Source: an uncultured Cryomorphaceae bacterium
GTDB taxonomy: Bacteria > Bacteroidota > Bacteroidia > Flavobacteriales_D > SKUL01
Assembly (NCBI GenBank): GCA_964487545.1
Contig: CAZARI010000002.1
Span: 65,755-129,754 of the forward strand
Length of the DNA stretch: 64,000 nt
Direction of reading: 5' to 3'
The notes under the pieces: generated by a model
The model's input: the letters and a program-made list of their open reading frames with translations, nothing else
Told to the model about the DNA's origin: nothing
Databases searched by the model: none
Translations under genes and position numbers: made by a program
Shown: positions 9,313 through 18,862 of the stretch, piece by piece
Position numbering within the stretch: the stretch's first letter is position 1
Layout of the letters: the number at the start of each line of letters is the position of its first letter

Positions 9313-9766
9313 TTAATCCGGCTCATTGACAACTTTAGTGGTCATTACCTATTCCGGAAAGGTAAAGATGCAGACGGGTTCGAAACAACGAAGATATCTA
9401 AAACTATTTTTGTCAACAGGAAAACCCCACGCGCGTAGAAATGGAAAGTTTAGAATTACCATACAAATCATCCAAAAGAATGACGGTTTTATAGCCGAAT
9501 AAATTTTACTTGCGACTTGATTATTGGCAACAACATCACAGCAAGTTAGTCTGTGTTGTCAGCCTTAGTTGGCATTGCTTCCGGTCGTTATTCCATGCCG
9601 GACAATATGCAGTGAACCAAGTGACTTGTGGTGAGGTAATTTGGTTGACGTGGATAAAACTCCTGACTGAATTTGTTTGGTCGGGAGTTTTTGTTTTCGA
9701 TCAATTCACCCTTCCATTTCTAAGTTCGCAATAATAGACAATCGCTTCACTGGTTGGGGTAAAAGC

Positions 9767-9794
9767 AAAAAACCCCCCGAAATTGGGGGGTTTT
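9767..9794 (-). terminator. Rho-independent terminator after tRNA-Arg
   Basis: On the minus strand: CCCCCC-AATTTC-GGGGGG followed by TTTTTT. It begins 2 nt after the tRNA 3' end. Confidence 0.8.
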
Positions 9795-9795
9795 G

Positions 9796-9869
9796 TGACC
9801 CGGGGAGGATTCGAACCCCCAACCCTCAGAGCCGAAATCTGATATTCTATCCAGTTGAACTACCGGGCC
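9796..9869 (-). tRNA. tRNA-Arg (TCG)
   Basis: Reverse complement is GGCCCGGTAGTTCAACTGGATAGAATATCAGATTTCGGCTCTGAGGGTTGGGGGTTCGAATCCTCCCCGGGTCA. Anticodon stem TCAGA/TCTGA, loop TTTCGGC, T loop TTCGAAT. Length 74 nt. Confidence 0.9.
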
Positions 9870-9881
9870 AATTAAGAGGCG

Positions 9882-9889
9882 CAAATTTA
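9882..9889 (-). promoter_or_regulatory. -7 box (TAAATTTG) of the tRNA-Arg promoter
   Basis: Minus strand reads TTG-N21-TAAATTTGCGC, with the box ending 12 nt before the tRNA 5' end. tRNA-Leu has the same architecture. Confidence 0.55.
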
Positions 9890-10036
9890 GGTTTTATTTC
9901 GCTCATCATACAAATCAAATGGGGCGAAAATTTTATACCTTCACTTTTCGGGCAATTTGGTCTCTTTTACTCGGTATTTTGCGCGGTGATATATGAAAAA
10001 TAGGTTTTCTTCGTTCCAACTCCATAATTGCTATTG

Positions 10037-12337
10037 ATGACCAGATTTGTTACCTTATTTTTCTTCTGCCTGATGGTGATTCCTGCTCATGCTCAACTGG
10101 CTATCCAACAATGGAGAGATCATTTTCCAAATAATGGCACGGTCGATGTCGCCTACGGAAACAACAGGATCTATAGCGCCAACAGAAACATGATCTACGC
10201 GCTGAATCTAAATGATAACAGCATTGAAAAAATCACGAAAGTAAACCTGCTGTCGGATGTCGGTATCTCGGCGATCGCCTTTGATCACGCTTCATCTACA
10301 CTCATCGTTGGATATGAAAACGGAAACCTCGACTTGATCACCAAAGGGGGGGCGATTAATGTTAGCAGTATTATGAACAGCGGTGTATTTGGTATCAAAA
10401 CCATCAACGACATTTATGTAGAAAATGGCCGATGTTATTTATCGTGTGGCTTTGGAATTGTGTACTTTGATTTGGTCAATCAGGAAGTGATCGATTCATA
10501 TATCATCGGGCCAGGTGGCGCCAATCTGCAAGTGTATGATATTACTAAGTTCAACGAAAAAATTTATGCAGCAACTGAAATCGGACTGATGGTGGCCGAT
10601 GCCAATAACTCCTTCCTGACCAATTTTGTTAATTGGAACCCCGTCACCGGGTTGCCCCACACCACTACCGTTACCGATGTCGGCGCAATCGGATCCTCTT
10701 TGTTGTTCTTACAGAATAATGGAGATAACGATGTGCTCTATGCAACATCAGATTTTAACAGCTTTGAGGCAGTAGAGCAGGGTGAAAATTTTCGCGGCTT
10801 GGATGTTTCCGGAAATAGTATGATCGCTCGCCGTCAGAATTCAGTAGGTGTTTACAATGCTAATTTGAACTGGCAATATTCGGTAGACAATGTGGCATCA
10901 AATGGAGCCGTTGTTCTGGAGCCCGGCGAAGTCTGGATGGGTGACGAAAGGGAAGGGCTCATTCGATACAGAAGTGCTAATAATTCACGAGAGAACATTC
11001 AGCCGGTCGGGCCAAAGCACTTGCACGCCTATAAGCTCCAGTTCATAGATGGCGTGCTGTTCAAGTCTGCCGGGGCACCCGCCTCGAATTGGGGCCCAAC
11101 CTATAATTTCCGGGGTGTGGAGGTATTTGCTCAGGGCGAATGGAGAACTTTTGACAGTAGCAGCGACCCGTTATTTAATGCTGATAACATTCGCGACTTA
11201 ATGGTTGTGGCGGTTGATCCCGACGACCCCGAACATTGGTTTATCGGAACGTGGTATAGCGGAATACTTGAATACCGCGACGGTAGTATTGTACATCGAT
11301 ACCATGAAGATAACTCACCGCTTGATGGAAGGGTAGAAACCGGAGGCCGCGCTGCGGTTGGCGGATTGGCGTATGATAATGACGGAAACTTGTGGATCAC
11401 CAATGGCTATTCAGACACCCCTGTACTCGCCTTAACCCCTGAGGGAGAGTGGCACGCTTTCAGTCCCAATTCAGTAGGTGCTCAAGGATCCGTGTTATAT
11501 AGCGACATCCTCATCGATCAATCAGGATATAAATGGTTTATTCGTCCGCGGGGCAACGGTTTGGTGGTATATAATGACAACCGGACTGTAGCAGACGCAA
11601 GCGACGATCAGGCAAAGGCACTGAACAATCAGGTGGGTGAAGGCAATTTACCGACAATGGATGTGTATTCCATTGCCGAAGACCTGAACGGTGAAATCTG
11701 GATTGGAACGGGCGAGGGCGTGGCGGTGGTATACTCCCCTGGCAGCATCTTTTCCGGCGGAAATTTCGATGTGCAACAAATTCTTCTTGAGCAGGATGGA
11801 AACCTTCAGATATTGCTCGAAACCGAGATTGTAAGTAGCATAGCTGTTGATGGCGCCAACCAAAAGTGGCTCGGCACAGCCGGTTCGGGAGTGTTTTTGA
11901 TGTCGCCCGATGGCACCCGACAAATCCACCGGTTTACTACCCAAAACAGCCCACTGCCTTCCGATATAATACAGTCCATTACTATCGACGGCGAAACAGG
12001 AGAAGTGTTTTTCGCTACCGACAATGGGGTGGTATCGTTCAAAAGTACGGCTACCGACGGTAGAGCAAAAAATGAGTGCCTGAAGGTTTATCCCAATCCG
12101 GTACGCGAAAATTATGAAGGTCCGGTGGCCATTACTGGTTTGGAGCGCAGCACCAATGTAAAAATTACAGACGTGGCCGGAAACCTTGTTTTTGAAACAA
12201 CTTCAGAAGGAGGGCAGGCCATCTGGAATGCTCGCAACTCAAGTGGAGACCGTGTAACAACAGGGATTTACACGGCGCTGGCAACCGCTCCCGAAGGAAA
12301 CTCAAGGTGTGTGGCGAAGATCATGGTAGTGCGCTAA
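10037..12337 (+). CDS. Double beta-propeller T9SS protein, PorZ-like (two-component-regulator propeller repeats plus CTD)
   Basis: 766 aa from ATG 10037 (the track starts at TTG 10028). Signal peptide MTRFVTLFFFCLMVIPAHAQ. Reg_prop-type blades 'IWIGTGEGVAVV', 'KWLGTAGSGVFLM' and 'VFFATDNGVVSF'. C-terminal 'LKVYPNPVRENYEGPVAITGL...GIYTALATAP...KIMVVR' is a T9SS CTD. Size and architecture match PorZ. Confidence 0.6.
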   Translation: MTRFVTLFFFCLMVIPAHAQLAIQQWRDHFPNNGTVDVAYGNNRIYSANRNMIYALNLNDNSIEKITKVNLLSDVGISAIAFDHASSTLIVGYENGNLDLITKGGAINVSSIMNSGVFGIKTINDIYVENGRCYLSCGFGIVYFDLVNQEVIDSYIIGPGGANLQVYDITKFNEKIYAATEIGLMVADANNSFLTNFVNWNPVTGLPHTTTVTDVGAIGSSLLFLQNNGDNDVLYATSDFNSFEAVEQGENFRGLDVSGNSMIARRQNSVGVYNANLNWQYSVDNVASNGAVVLEPGEVWMGDEREGLIRYRSANNSRENIQPVGPKHLHAYKLQFIDGVLFKSAGAPASNWGPTYNFRGVEVFAQGEWRTFDSSSDPLFNADNIRDLMVVAVDPDDPEHWFIGTWYSGILEYRDGSIVHRYHEDNSPLDGRVETGGRAAVGGLAYDNDGNLWITNGYSDTPVLALTPEGEWHAFSPNSVGAQGSVLYSDILIDQSGYKWFIRPRGNGLVVYNDNRTVADASDDQAKALNNQVGEGNLPTMDVYSIAEDLNGEIWIGTGEGVAVVYSPGSIFSGGNFDVQQILLEQDGNLQILLETEIVSSIAVDGANQKWLGTAGSGVFLMSPDGTRQIHRFTTQNSPLPSDIIQSITIDGETGEVFFATDNGVVSFKSTATDGRAKNECLKVYPNPVRENYEGPVAITGLERSTNVKITDVAGNLVFETTSEGGQAIWNARNSSGDRVTTGIYTALATAPEGNSRCVAKIMVVR

Positions 12338-12338
12338 A

Positions 12339-13055
12339 ATGAAAACGCATTCTAAAGGAATTGTACTTCGTTCAATTGATTACGGTGAAACCAGCGCCAT
12401 CGTGCGGATCTTTACCCATAATCACGGATTGCGTTCGTTTATTGTGCGCGGTGTAAAGGGTAAACGACGACGAAAAATGGGGTGTCTCCAACCCCTGAGC
12501 CTAATCGAAATAGAATATCATTTTCATGAACGACGTGATCTGTCGGTGGCGGGAAACATTCGTTTTCTCGAAGGGTTTCACAACATTCAGGAACATCCGC
12601 ATAAAAGAATGGTTGCGTTGTTTCTGGCTGAGGTGCTCAACGAAACCCTCAAAAGCGATCAATCCGACGAACCGTTGTTTGATTTCATTCACTCAAGACT
12701 GCTACTATTCGATCTGGAAGATTGGAACGCCAATTTTCATTTGTTCTTTCTGGCCAGTATGACCCGGTTTTTAGGTTTCTACCCTTTGCTTACTTCAAGC
12801 CCCACAGGTTTTGATTTGCTTGGCGGAGCATTTATCAACACTAACGCAGATAGTCATAACGCGATAAGCGGACCGGAGGTGCAGTTGCTGTTTACGCTTT
12901 TTACAGAAGAGTGGGATGTTATCAAGGCCATGCCCATGAACGGCCAAATCAGAAGCCAGCTTTCCTACCTGTTCATTGATTACTATCGTTATCACTCGGC
13001 CGACATGCGCGCACTGAAATCACTGCAAATCCTTACGGAAATAATGAATGAATAG
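12339..13055 (+). CDS. recO: DNA repair protein RecO
   Basis: 238 aa. The OB-fold N-terminus 'KGIVLRSIDYGETSAIVRIFT' and the overall length are typical of RecO. Confidence 0.85.
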   Translation: MKTHSKGIVLRSIDYGETSAIVRIFTHNHGLRSFIVRGVKGKRRRKMGCLQPLSLIEIEYHFHERRDLSVAGNIRFLEGFHNIQEHPHKRMVALFLAEVLNETLKSDQSDEPLFDFIHSRLLLFDLEDWNANFHLFFLASMTRFLGFYPLLTSSPTGFDLLGGAFINTNADSHNAISGPEVQLLFTLFTEEWDVIKAMPMNGQIRSQLSYLFIDYYRYHSADMRALKSLQILTEIMNE

Positions 13056-13112
13056 AAAGTGAATATTATTGTTCGGCGGAAACTGTATTTTCGGTTCGAA
13101 ATAAATGCCGTT

Positions 13113-15284
13113 ATGATCCGACCTTTAGCCATTATCACCCTTTGCAGTTTTACTTTGACTGCGTGTAATTCAGAAACTTCAGTAGAAAATAAGCAAGAAA
13201 AAATGACACCTCCTTTTGCTCGGGCAGAGCCCTTAACGCTCGTTAACCACAACGATGAACGTGTGGATGAATACTTCTGGATGCGTCTGTCTGATGAACA
13301 GAAAGACCTCGGAGATAAGAATCCACAAACCAAAGAAGTGCTCGATTATCTAAGGGCCGAAAATGATTACCTCACTGCGGTGATGAGCGATACCGATAGT
13401 TTGCAAGACGAACTTTATGAAGAAATTGTTGCGCGGCTCGATCCAACCGACCAGTCAGTGCCCTACTTGTATAATGGTTATTACTACTATTCTCGCTATG
13501 CCGAAGGGTCGGAATACCCGATTCACTGCCGCAAAAAAGGCAGCCTCGACGCCCAAGAGCAAGTAATGCTCGATGAAAATGAACTGGCCTCCGGCTTCGA
13601 TTATTACGCTACTGCCGGAAAATCAGTGAGCAGTGACAATAAAATCCTGGCCTTTAGCGAGGATACCCTAAGCCGCAGAATCTACACCATTCGGTTCAAA
13701 AATCTGGAAACCGGCCAAATTCTCGAAGATGAGATTGCTGGCACCAGCGGAAATGTGGTCTGGGCCAACGATAATCAAACGGTGTTTTATTCCGTTCGCG
13801 ACCACGCCCTGCGAGCGTATAAAATTTTCAGACACCAGCTTGGCTCACCAGTGTCCGAAGATGTGGAAGTGTTTCACGAAGCCGATGAGACTTTTCGTTG
13901 TGGAATTTTTAAAACCAAATCCGAAGATTTTCTGGTGATTGTCTCCAGCTCTACATTGTCTAACGAGTATCGGGTGCTGGATGCCAATAATCCAACTGCA
14001 ACTTGGCGTGTTATTCAACCACGCGAACGTGGATTGGAGTACAGCCTGGATCACATGGGAGATCATTTTTACATTCTTACCAACTGGGAAGCAAAGAACT
14101 TTAGGTTGATGAAGACGCCAACAGACCGCACTACCAAAGAAAACTGGCAGGAGGTTATTCCGCATCGAGACGATGCATTGATTGAAGGCATCGAGCTTTT
14201 CGAAGATTTTCTTGTACTTGAAGAACGCGTTGACGGATTGTCAAAGGTGCGCGTGATGCCATGGACCGAAGGGGGTGAACACTACATTGCTTTTGATGAC
14301 GCCACCTATGTTTCGGGAATCAGTACCAACCGTGAAATGGATACCGACATTCTGCGCATTTCCTACAGCTCGATGGTTACTCCGTCGTCGGTTTATGATT
14401 ATAACATGAACACCCGAACGCTGGAGCTCAAAAAGCAGCAGAAAGTGATGACGGGCTATGATGCCGAAAAATATCACTCCGAAAGACTGTGGGCCACAGC
14501 AAGCGATGGAGCAAAAGTGCCCGTTTCCTTGGTTTACAACAAGCAGCACTTTAAGCAGGACGGAACTTCACCGCTGTTGTTATATGCCTATGGCTCTTAC
14601 GGCTACAGCATCGATCCCTATTTCCGCACCACTATTCTCAGTTTGCTCGATCGTGGATTTGTGTTTGCCTTGGCGCATATTCGTGGTGGTCAGGAAATGG
14701 GACGCAGTTGGTATGAAGACGGAAAGCTGCTGCGTAAAAAGAACACCTTTACAGATTTTATTGACTGTGGTGAGTTTTTGATTCAGGAAAAATACTGCGC
14801 CGATGATCAGCTATACGCGATGGGCGGAAGTGCTGGCGGACTATTGATGGGTGCCGTGATGAATATGCGCCCGGAACTTTGGGCGGGCGTGATTGCGGCA
14901 GTTCCGTTTGTAGATGTGGTTACCACCATGCTCGATGAGACCATACCGCTCACCACTGGTGAATATGACGAATGGGGAAATCCCAACGAAGAAGCGTATT
15001 ACCACTACATGAAATCCTACTCGCCATACGACAATATGCGTGAGGTGGAGTACCCCAACGTGCTCGTCACAACCGGCTATTGGGATTCGCAGGTGCAATA
15101 CTGGGAACCTGCCAAATGGGTGGCGCGCATGCGCACAAAAAACGTGGGAGATAATCTGATTTTATTTCACACCAACCTAGAAGCGGGTCATGGTGGCGCA
15201 TCGGGCAGATACCAGCAATTTAAAGAAGTGGCGCTGGAATATGCGTTTTTGTTAAAACTGGCTGGAAAAACCGACCGAAAATAA
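13113..15284 (+). CDS. S9 family serine peptidase, oligopeptidase B (protease II)-like lipoprotein
   Basis: 723 aa from ATG 13113. That start gives a lipoprotein signal MIRPLAIITLCSFTLTAC, whereas the track's GTG 13059 adds 18 non-signal residues. N-terminal 'DEYFWMR', nucleophile 'MGGSAGGLL' and 'LEAGHGG'. Confidence 0.85.
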   Translation: MIRPLAIITLCSFTLTACNSETSVENKQEKMTPPFARAEPLTLVNHNDERVDEYFWMRLSDEQKDLGDKNPQTKEVLDYLRAENDYLTAVMSDTDSLQDELYEEIVARLDPTDQSVPYLYNGYYYYSRYAEGSEYPIHCRKKGSLDAQEQVMLDENELASGFDYYATAGKSVSSDNKILAFSEDTLSRRIYTIRFKNLETGQILEDEIAGTSGNVVWANDNQTVFYSVRDHALRAYKIFRHQLGSPVSEDVEVFHEADETFRCGIFKTKSEDFLVIVSSSTLSNEYRVLDANNPTATWRVIQPRERGLEYSLDHMGDHFYILTNWEAKNFRLMKTPTDRTTKENWQEVIPHRDDALIEGIELFEDFLVLEERVDGLSKVRVMPWTEGGEHYIAFDDATYVSGISTNREMDTDILRISYSSMVTPSSVYDYNMNTRTLELKKQQKVMTGYDAEKYHSERLWATASDGAKVPVSLVYNKQHFKQDGTSPLLLYAYGSYGYSIDPYFRTTILSLLDRGFVFALAHIRGGQEMGRSWYEDGKLLRKKNTFTDFIDCGEFLIQEKYCADDQLYAMGGSAGGLLMGAVMNMRPELWAGVIAAVPFVDVVTTMLDETIPLTTGEYDEWGNPNEEAYYHYMKSYSPYDNMREVEYPNVLVTTGYWDSQVQYWEPAKWVARMRTKNVGDNLILFHTNLEAGHGGASGRYQQFKEVALEYAFLLKLAGKTDRK

Positions 15285-15289
15285 CGGCA

Positions 15290-16135
15290 CTATTGCCCTG
15301 CTACAATCTCAGCTACTTTCACAGACGATGCTCCGAAGAAACCAAGTGCCTGACCTTCTTTGTCAATAAATTTCATATTGCCTTTGAGTGGAGCCGGTGC
15401 AGTGTCGAAGGGTGTTCCGGAAAAGGCAGTTTGTAATCGGAGCAACGACAGGAATTCATAAGCGCTTTGGTTAATGCGGCTTTGCATTATACGAATGTGG
15501 TTGCCGTAGGCATAGAGCTTATTAGAGACTTCGTATTCGGGCAGCACCGCACCATCAACGAGCTGATCGCTGGTTACCAGAATGTCCGACGGGCTGTCCT
15601 GATAGTCGCCATCAACATAAATGAACCAGCGGTAGAAATCCCCTTCACCGGGAAACTCAAAGGTTGAAATGAGGATGCTGTATATCGCTAAACTGTCACT
15701 CGGTCGGGGAGGCTCTTCTTCCCAAAAAATATTGAGAATCGGCGGAGTTTCGCGCACTTCTTGAATATCACTGCGCACCGGATCAAACCCCGGAGCAGCC
15801 ACTTCAATCTGATAGCCTTTGCCGATTTCTGCCAGACCGGGAAAACGATAGAATCCGGGCTGATCGAGTTCTTCCTGCAACACAACCGAAGCACTTTCCA
15901 CTTCATCTATAAAAGTCCTTAAAGTTACCGTAGCGCCCGAAATACGCGGGGTTGGAGCCTCTTCAAAATAAGGCGCCGTGCTGCTCAGCTTCAAGTGCTG
16001 AATGGTGTCTAAATCATTGAACCAACCGTCAACCACCAGTTGAACCTCTCCTTTAGGAACATCCAGATCGATCACCTTTTCACAACTACTCAACCCAAAG
16101 GCTCCGATAAAAGCAATGACAAAAATTCGTTTCAT
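15290..16135 (-). CDS. DUF4249-like lipoprotein, partner of the upstream TonB-dependent receptor
   Basis: 281 aa. Lipobox 'AFGLSSC'. The start shares 1 nt with the stop of the TBDR gene. This pairing with CarboxypepD_reg-type TBDRs is recurrent in Bacteroidota. Confidence 0.65.
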   Translation of the reverse strand: MKRIFVIAFIGAFGLSSCEKVIDLDVPKGEVQLVVDGWFNDLDTIQHLKLSSTAPYFEEAPTPRISGATVTLRTFIDEVESASVVLQEELDQPGFYRFPGLAEIGKGYQIEVAAPGFDPVRSDIQEVRETPPILNIFWEEEPPRPSDSLAIYSILISTFEFPGEGDFYRWFIYVDGDYQDSPSDILVTSDQLVDGAVLPEYEVSNKLYAYGNHIRIMQSRINQSAYEFLSLLRLQTAFSGTPFDTAPAPLKGNMKFIDKEGQALGFFGASSVKVAEIVAGQ

Positions 16136-18510
16136 TAGAATCTGAAATTATAGGTTACGCCCGGGATAATGGTTCCGAAAACCGAAAGCTGAACGGCCTC
16201 TGTTTGTTGCGGATTATCTTCGTTTTGTCGGAAATAAATGCTGTAGGGGTTTTTGCGATTGTAAACATTGTAGAGTGAAAACACCCACGACGACTCCCAG
16301 TTTTTGGGCTTATTAAAGAAGAAAAACACCTTATTCGATTGTTCTTTTGGTCGGGAATAAGTCACCGAAAAATCGAGACGATGATAGTCGGGAATACGCG
16401 CTCCGTTTCGATTGCTGTAGTTGGGTACGATAATTCCATTGTATTCGTAGCGACCATCGGGGTAGGTCACCGGCCGCCCCGACATATAGCTGAAATTAGC
16501 CGAAGCATTCCAGCGCTCGTTAATATCGTATGACAACACGGCCGTTAGATCGTGTGCTTTGTCCCAGTTTGATGGAAACGCATTGTCGTTGTTGATCCCC
16601 TCGATGGTGCGCTCTGTGCGCGATAAGGTATAGCTGATCCATCCGGTGAATCGCCCCGTTGCTTTCTTCAGCATGAATTCCAAGCCGTATGCCAGTCCCG
16701 AGCCGGGCAAAATTTCCCTTTCGAGACTTTCGTTCAGCAGTAATTCTGCCCCGTCGCGATAGTCAATAATATTGTAGAAACGCTTGTAATATCCCTCCAC
16801 AGAAACCTGATAAGTATCGTCTTTAAAATTGCGGAAATATCCCAGTGCTACCTGATCAACTGTCGAGGGCTTTATGTAGGTGTCGCTCGGAGCCCACACG
16901 TCAATTGGTGTTGCTGCGGTGGTATTTGAAATCAGGTGAATATATTGGCGGGTGCGATTGTAACTCGCTTTTACTGAGTGACGGCTGTTGATGGAATAAT
17001 TGATGGCCAAACGGGGCTCAAGGCCTTCCCAGCCAGCGTGAGTTTTGATAATATCGCCGCGCGAAAAATGAACCGTATCGGTTACAAACTCTTTTTGATA
17101 GGGCATCCCATCGGCATATTCATAAACGGTTTGTTTGCCGTGATTAATAAACATAGAATACCGAAGTCCGTACTGTATGGTGAGATTGTCAGTAATGCTT
17201 TGTTCATTGCTCAGATAAATGGCGGGTTCCACAGCACGTTTGAGTTCTGTTGAAATTTCGGTGAATATCGATTCGTTTGAAAGTGGTTTGGTGTGGCCCG
17301 GATTAAAAGTGTAGAACAGCGCGTTCCAACCGAATTCAACTTTGTGGTTGGGGTTGGGGAAAAAGCTGAAATCCATTTTGGCGTTGTAGTTCTGAATTCT
17401 GCTCTTCCAGTTAAACGCCTGCATTCCTTCGGGAACGCCCAACGAGTAATCGTACTTACTATATACCAGGGTTGTATTGAGAAATAGCCGACTATTAAAC
17501 AGGTGATTCCACCGCAACGATCCCGAGCCATTTCCCCAGCGCGCTTTAAACTGATTGTCGAAATTCATTACATCATCGCCAAAGTAGCCCGAAAGAAAAA
17601 CCCGGTCTTTTTCGCTGATTTTGAAATTCACTTTTGCGTTGAGGTCGTAGAAATAAACCACCGTTCCCCGCAGATCATCGAATAGCGGAAAAAACAGGTC
17701 GATATACGATCGTCGGCCTGAAATCATAAACGATGCCCTGTCTTTAACAATGGGCCCTTCGAGCATCAGGCGGCTGGAAATCAAGCCCAAACCAGCCGAC
17801 CCATGAAAAGATTTCATGTTGCCTTCTATCTGCCTTACGTCGAGAACACTCGAAAGCCGACCGCCGTATTTGGCCGGAATTCCACCTTTATACAGCTTAA
17901 AATCTTTAACGGCATCGGCGTTAAATACCGAGAAAAACCCAAACAAATGCGATGAATTAAACACGGGCGATTCATCGAGCAGAATCAGGTTCTGATCCAC
18001 ATTGCCGCCACGCACGTTAAAACCCATGGCACCCTCACCGACAGTACTTACGCCTGGTAAAAGCTGCAATGTGCGAATCACATCCACTTCTCCCATAAAT
18101 TGCGGAATTTTTCGGATGGTTTTGATATCAAGTCGCTCTACGCTCATTTCCACACTCCGAATGTTTTCGTTGCTGCGTTCAGCTTCAATTTCTACTTCCT
18201 TCAGTTGAAAATCGGCGGGTTGTAGTTCGATATTCAGCGTTTGGTTGGCCGTTAGGTTAATTGCTTTCTCAATCGAATTAAATCCCACAAAGGAATAGCG
18301 CAGGGTGTATTCTCCTTCGGGTAGGGAAATGGAGTAGAAGCCATATACGTTGCTGACCGTGCCGCCGCCGGTTTCCTGAATGTACAGCGCTGCTCCTATC
18401 AGTTCTTCGCCGTTGGTGGCATTGGTGAGATAGCCGCTGATGGTGTGTTTTTGCGCCATCACACTCGAGGCAGTTGCATAAAATAGCAAAATAGCAATCA
18501 GCTGTTTCAT
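16135..18510 (-). CDS. TonB-dependent receptor with an N-terminal carboxypeptidase-regulatory-like domain
   Basis: 791 aa. Signal peptide, then 'ISGYLTNATNGEELIGAALYI...GFYSISLPEGEYTLRYSFVGF', then a plug region 'DVIRTLQLLPGV'. C-terminal beta-signal 'GVTYNFRF'. Confidence 0.85.
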   Translation of the reverse strand: MKQLIAILLFYATASSVMAQKHTISGYLTNATNGEELIGAALYIQETGGGTVSNVYGFYSISLPEGEYTLRYSFVGFNSIEKAINLTANQTLNIELQPADFQLKEVEIEAERSNENIRSVEMSVERLDIKTIRKIPQFMGEVDVIRTLQLLPGVSTVGEGAMGFNVRGGNVDQNLILLDESPVFNSSHLFGFFSVFNADAVKDFKLYKGGIPAKYGGRLSSVLDVRQIEGNMKSFHGSAGLGLISSRLMLEGPIVKDRASFMISGRRSYIDLFFPLFDDLRGTVVYFYDLNAKVNFKISEKDRVFLSGYFGDDVMNFDNQFKARWGNGSGSLRWNHLFNSRLFLNTTLVYSKYDYSLGVPEGMQAFNWKSRIQNYNAKMDFSFFPNPNHKVEFGWNALFYTFNPGHTKPLSNESIFTEISTELKRAVEPAIYLSNEQSITDNLTIQYGLRYSMFINHGKQTVYEYADGMPYQKEFVTDTVHFSRGDIIKTHAGWEGLEPRLAINYSINSRHSVKASYNRTRQYIHLISNTTAATPIDVWAPSDTYIKPSTVDQVALGYFRNFKDDTYQVSVEGYYKRFYNIIDYRDGAELLLNESLEREILPGSGLAYGLEFMLKKATGRFTGWISYTLSRTERTIEGINNDNAFPSNWDKAHDLTAVLSYDINERWNASANFSYMSGRPVTYPDGRYEYNGIIVPNYSNRNGARIPDYHRLDFSVTYSRPKEQSNKVFFFFNKPKNWESSWVFSLYNVYNRKNPYSIYFRQNEDNPQQTEAVQLSVFGTIIPGVTYNFRF

Positions 18511-18622
18511 TCTCGGATTATTAACGGCGCAAAGTTGAGATAAATTTTGCGGATTGCCGGTATAATGTGATTAACAACCGGAATGGTGTGAGGAAAGGCA
18601 ATTTGCGCTGAAAATAGACCAT

Positions 18623-18862
18623 TCAGAGAATTTCTGCTCCGATAATCTCGTCAGGGTTGACTTCGAGTGCATGCTGATGTGCACGATCGAGCTGTTGCAG
18701 TTTCATGGCCTGACGATAGGCTGTGTGTTCGCGGTGGCTTGCAAAGTAGAGTTTATGCTGATCGCGTTCGTGTTCCCACAACACACCGAAAACAACTTTT
18801 CCGGAGCGCAAACGCAGCCGGCAGTGGCGGTGAAAGTACCTGGATAAATCGTTTTTTGTCAT
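18623..18862 (-). CDS. Small His/Arg-rich hypothetical protein
   Basis: 79 aa, with no signal peptide and no recognised motif. It is the only plausible ORF between the suf operon and the TBDR gene. Confidence 0.45.
   Translation of the reverse strand: MTKNDLSRYFHRHCRLRLRSGKVVFGVLWEHERDQHKLYFASHREHTAYRQAMKLQQLDRAHQHALEVNPDEIIGAEIL

Noticed and set aside
9372-9389. 'ACGGGTTCGAAAC' fragment resembling a tRNA T-arm, considered as a possible att-site or tRNA-duplication scar for the glycosyltransferase islet.
   Set aside because: Only about 9 nt match, the orientation is wrong relative to tRNA-Arg, and such a match is expected by chance in 64 kb. No flanking direct repeats or integrase are present.
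13059-13112. Upstream-extended starts offered by the track for the S9 peptidase (GTG 13059), sdhC (35556), the OmpA-like gene (50810), the glycogen-synthase-like gene (55650), prs (62030) and the PorZ-like gene (TTG 10028).
   Set aside because: In each case an internal ATG gives a proper signal peptide or the conserved family N-terminus. For sdhC, the glycogen-synthase-like gene and prs, a TAnnTTTG promoter box lies inside the proposed extension.
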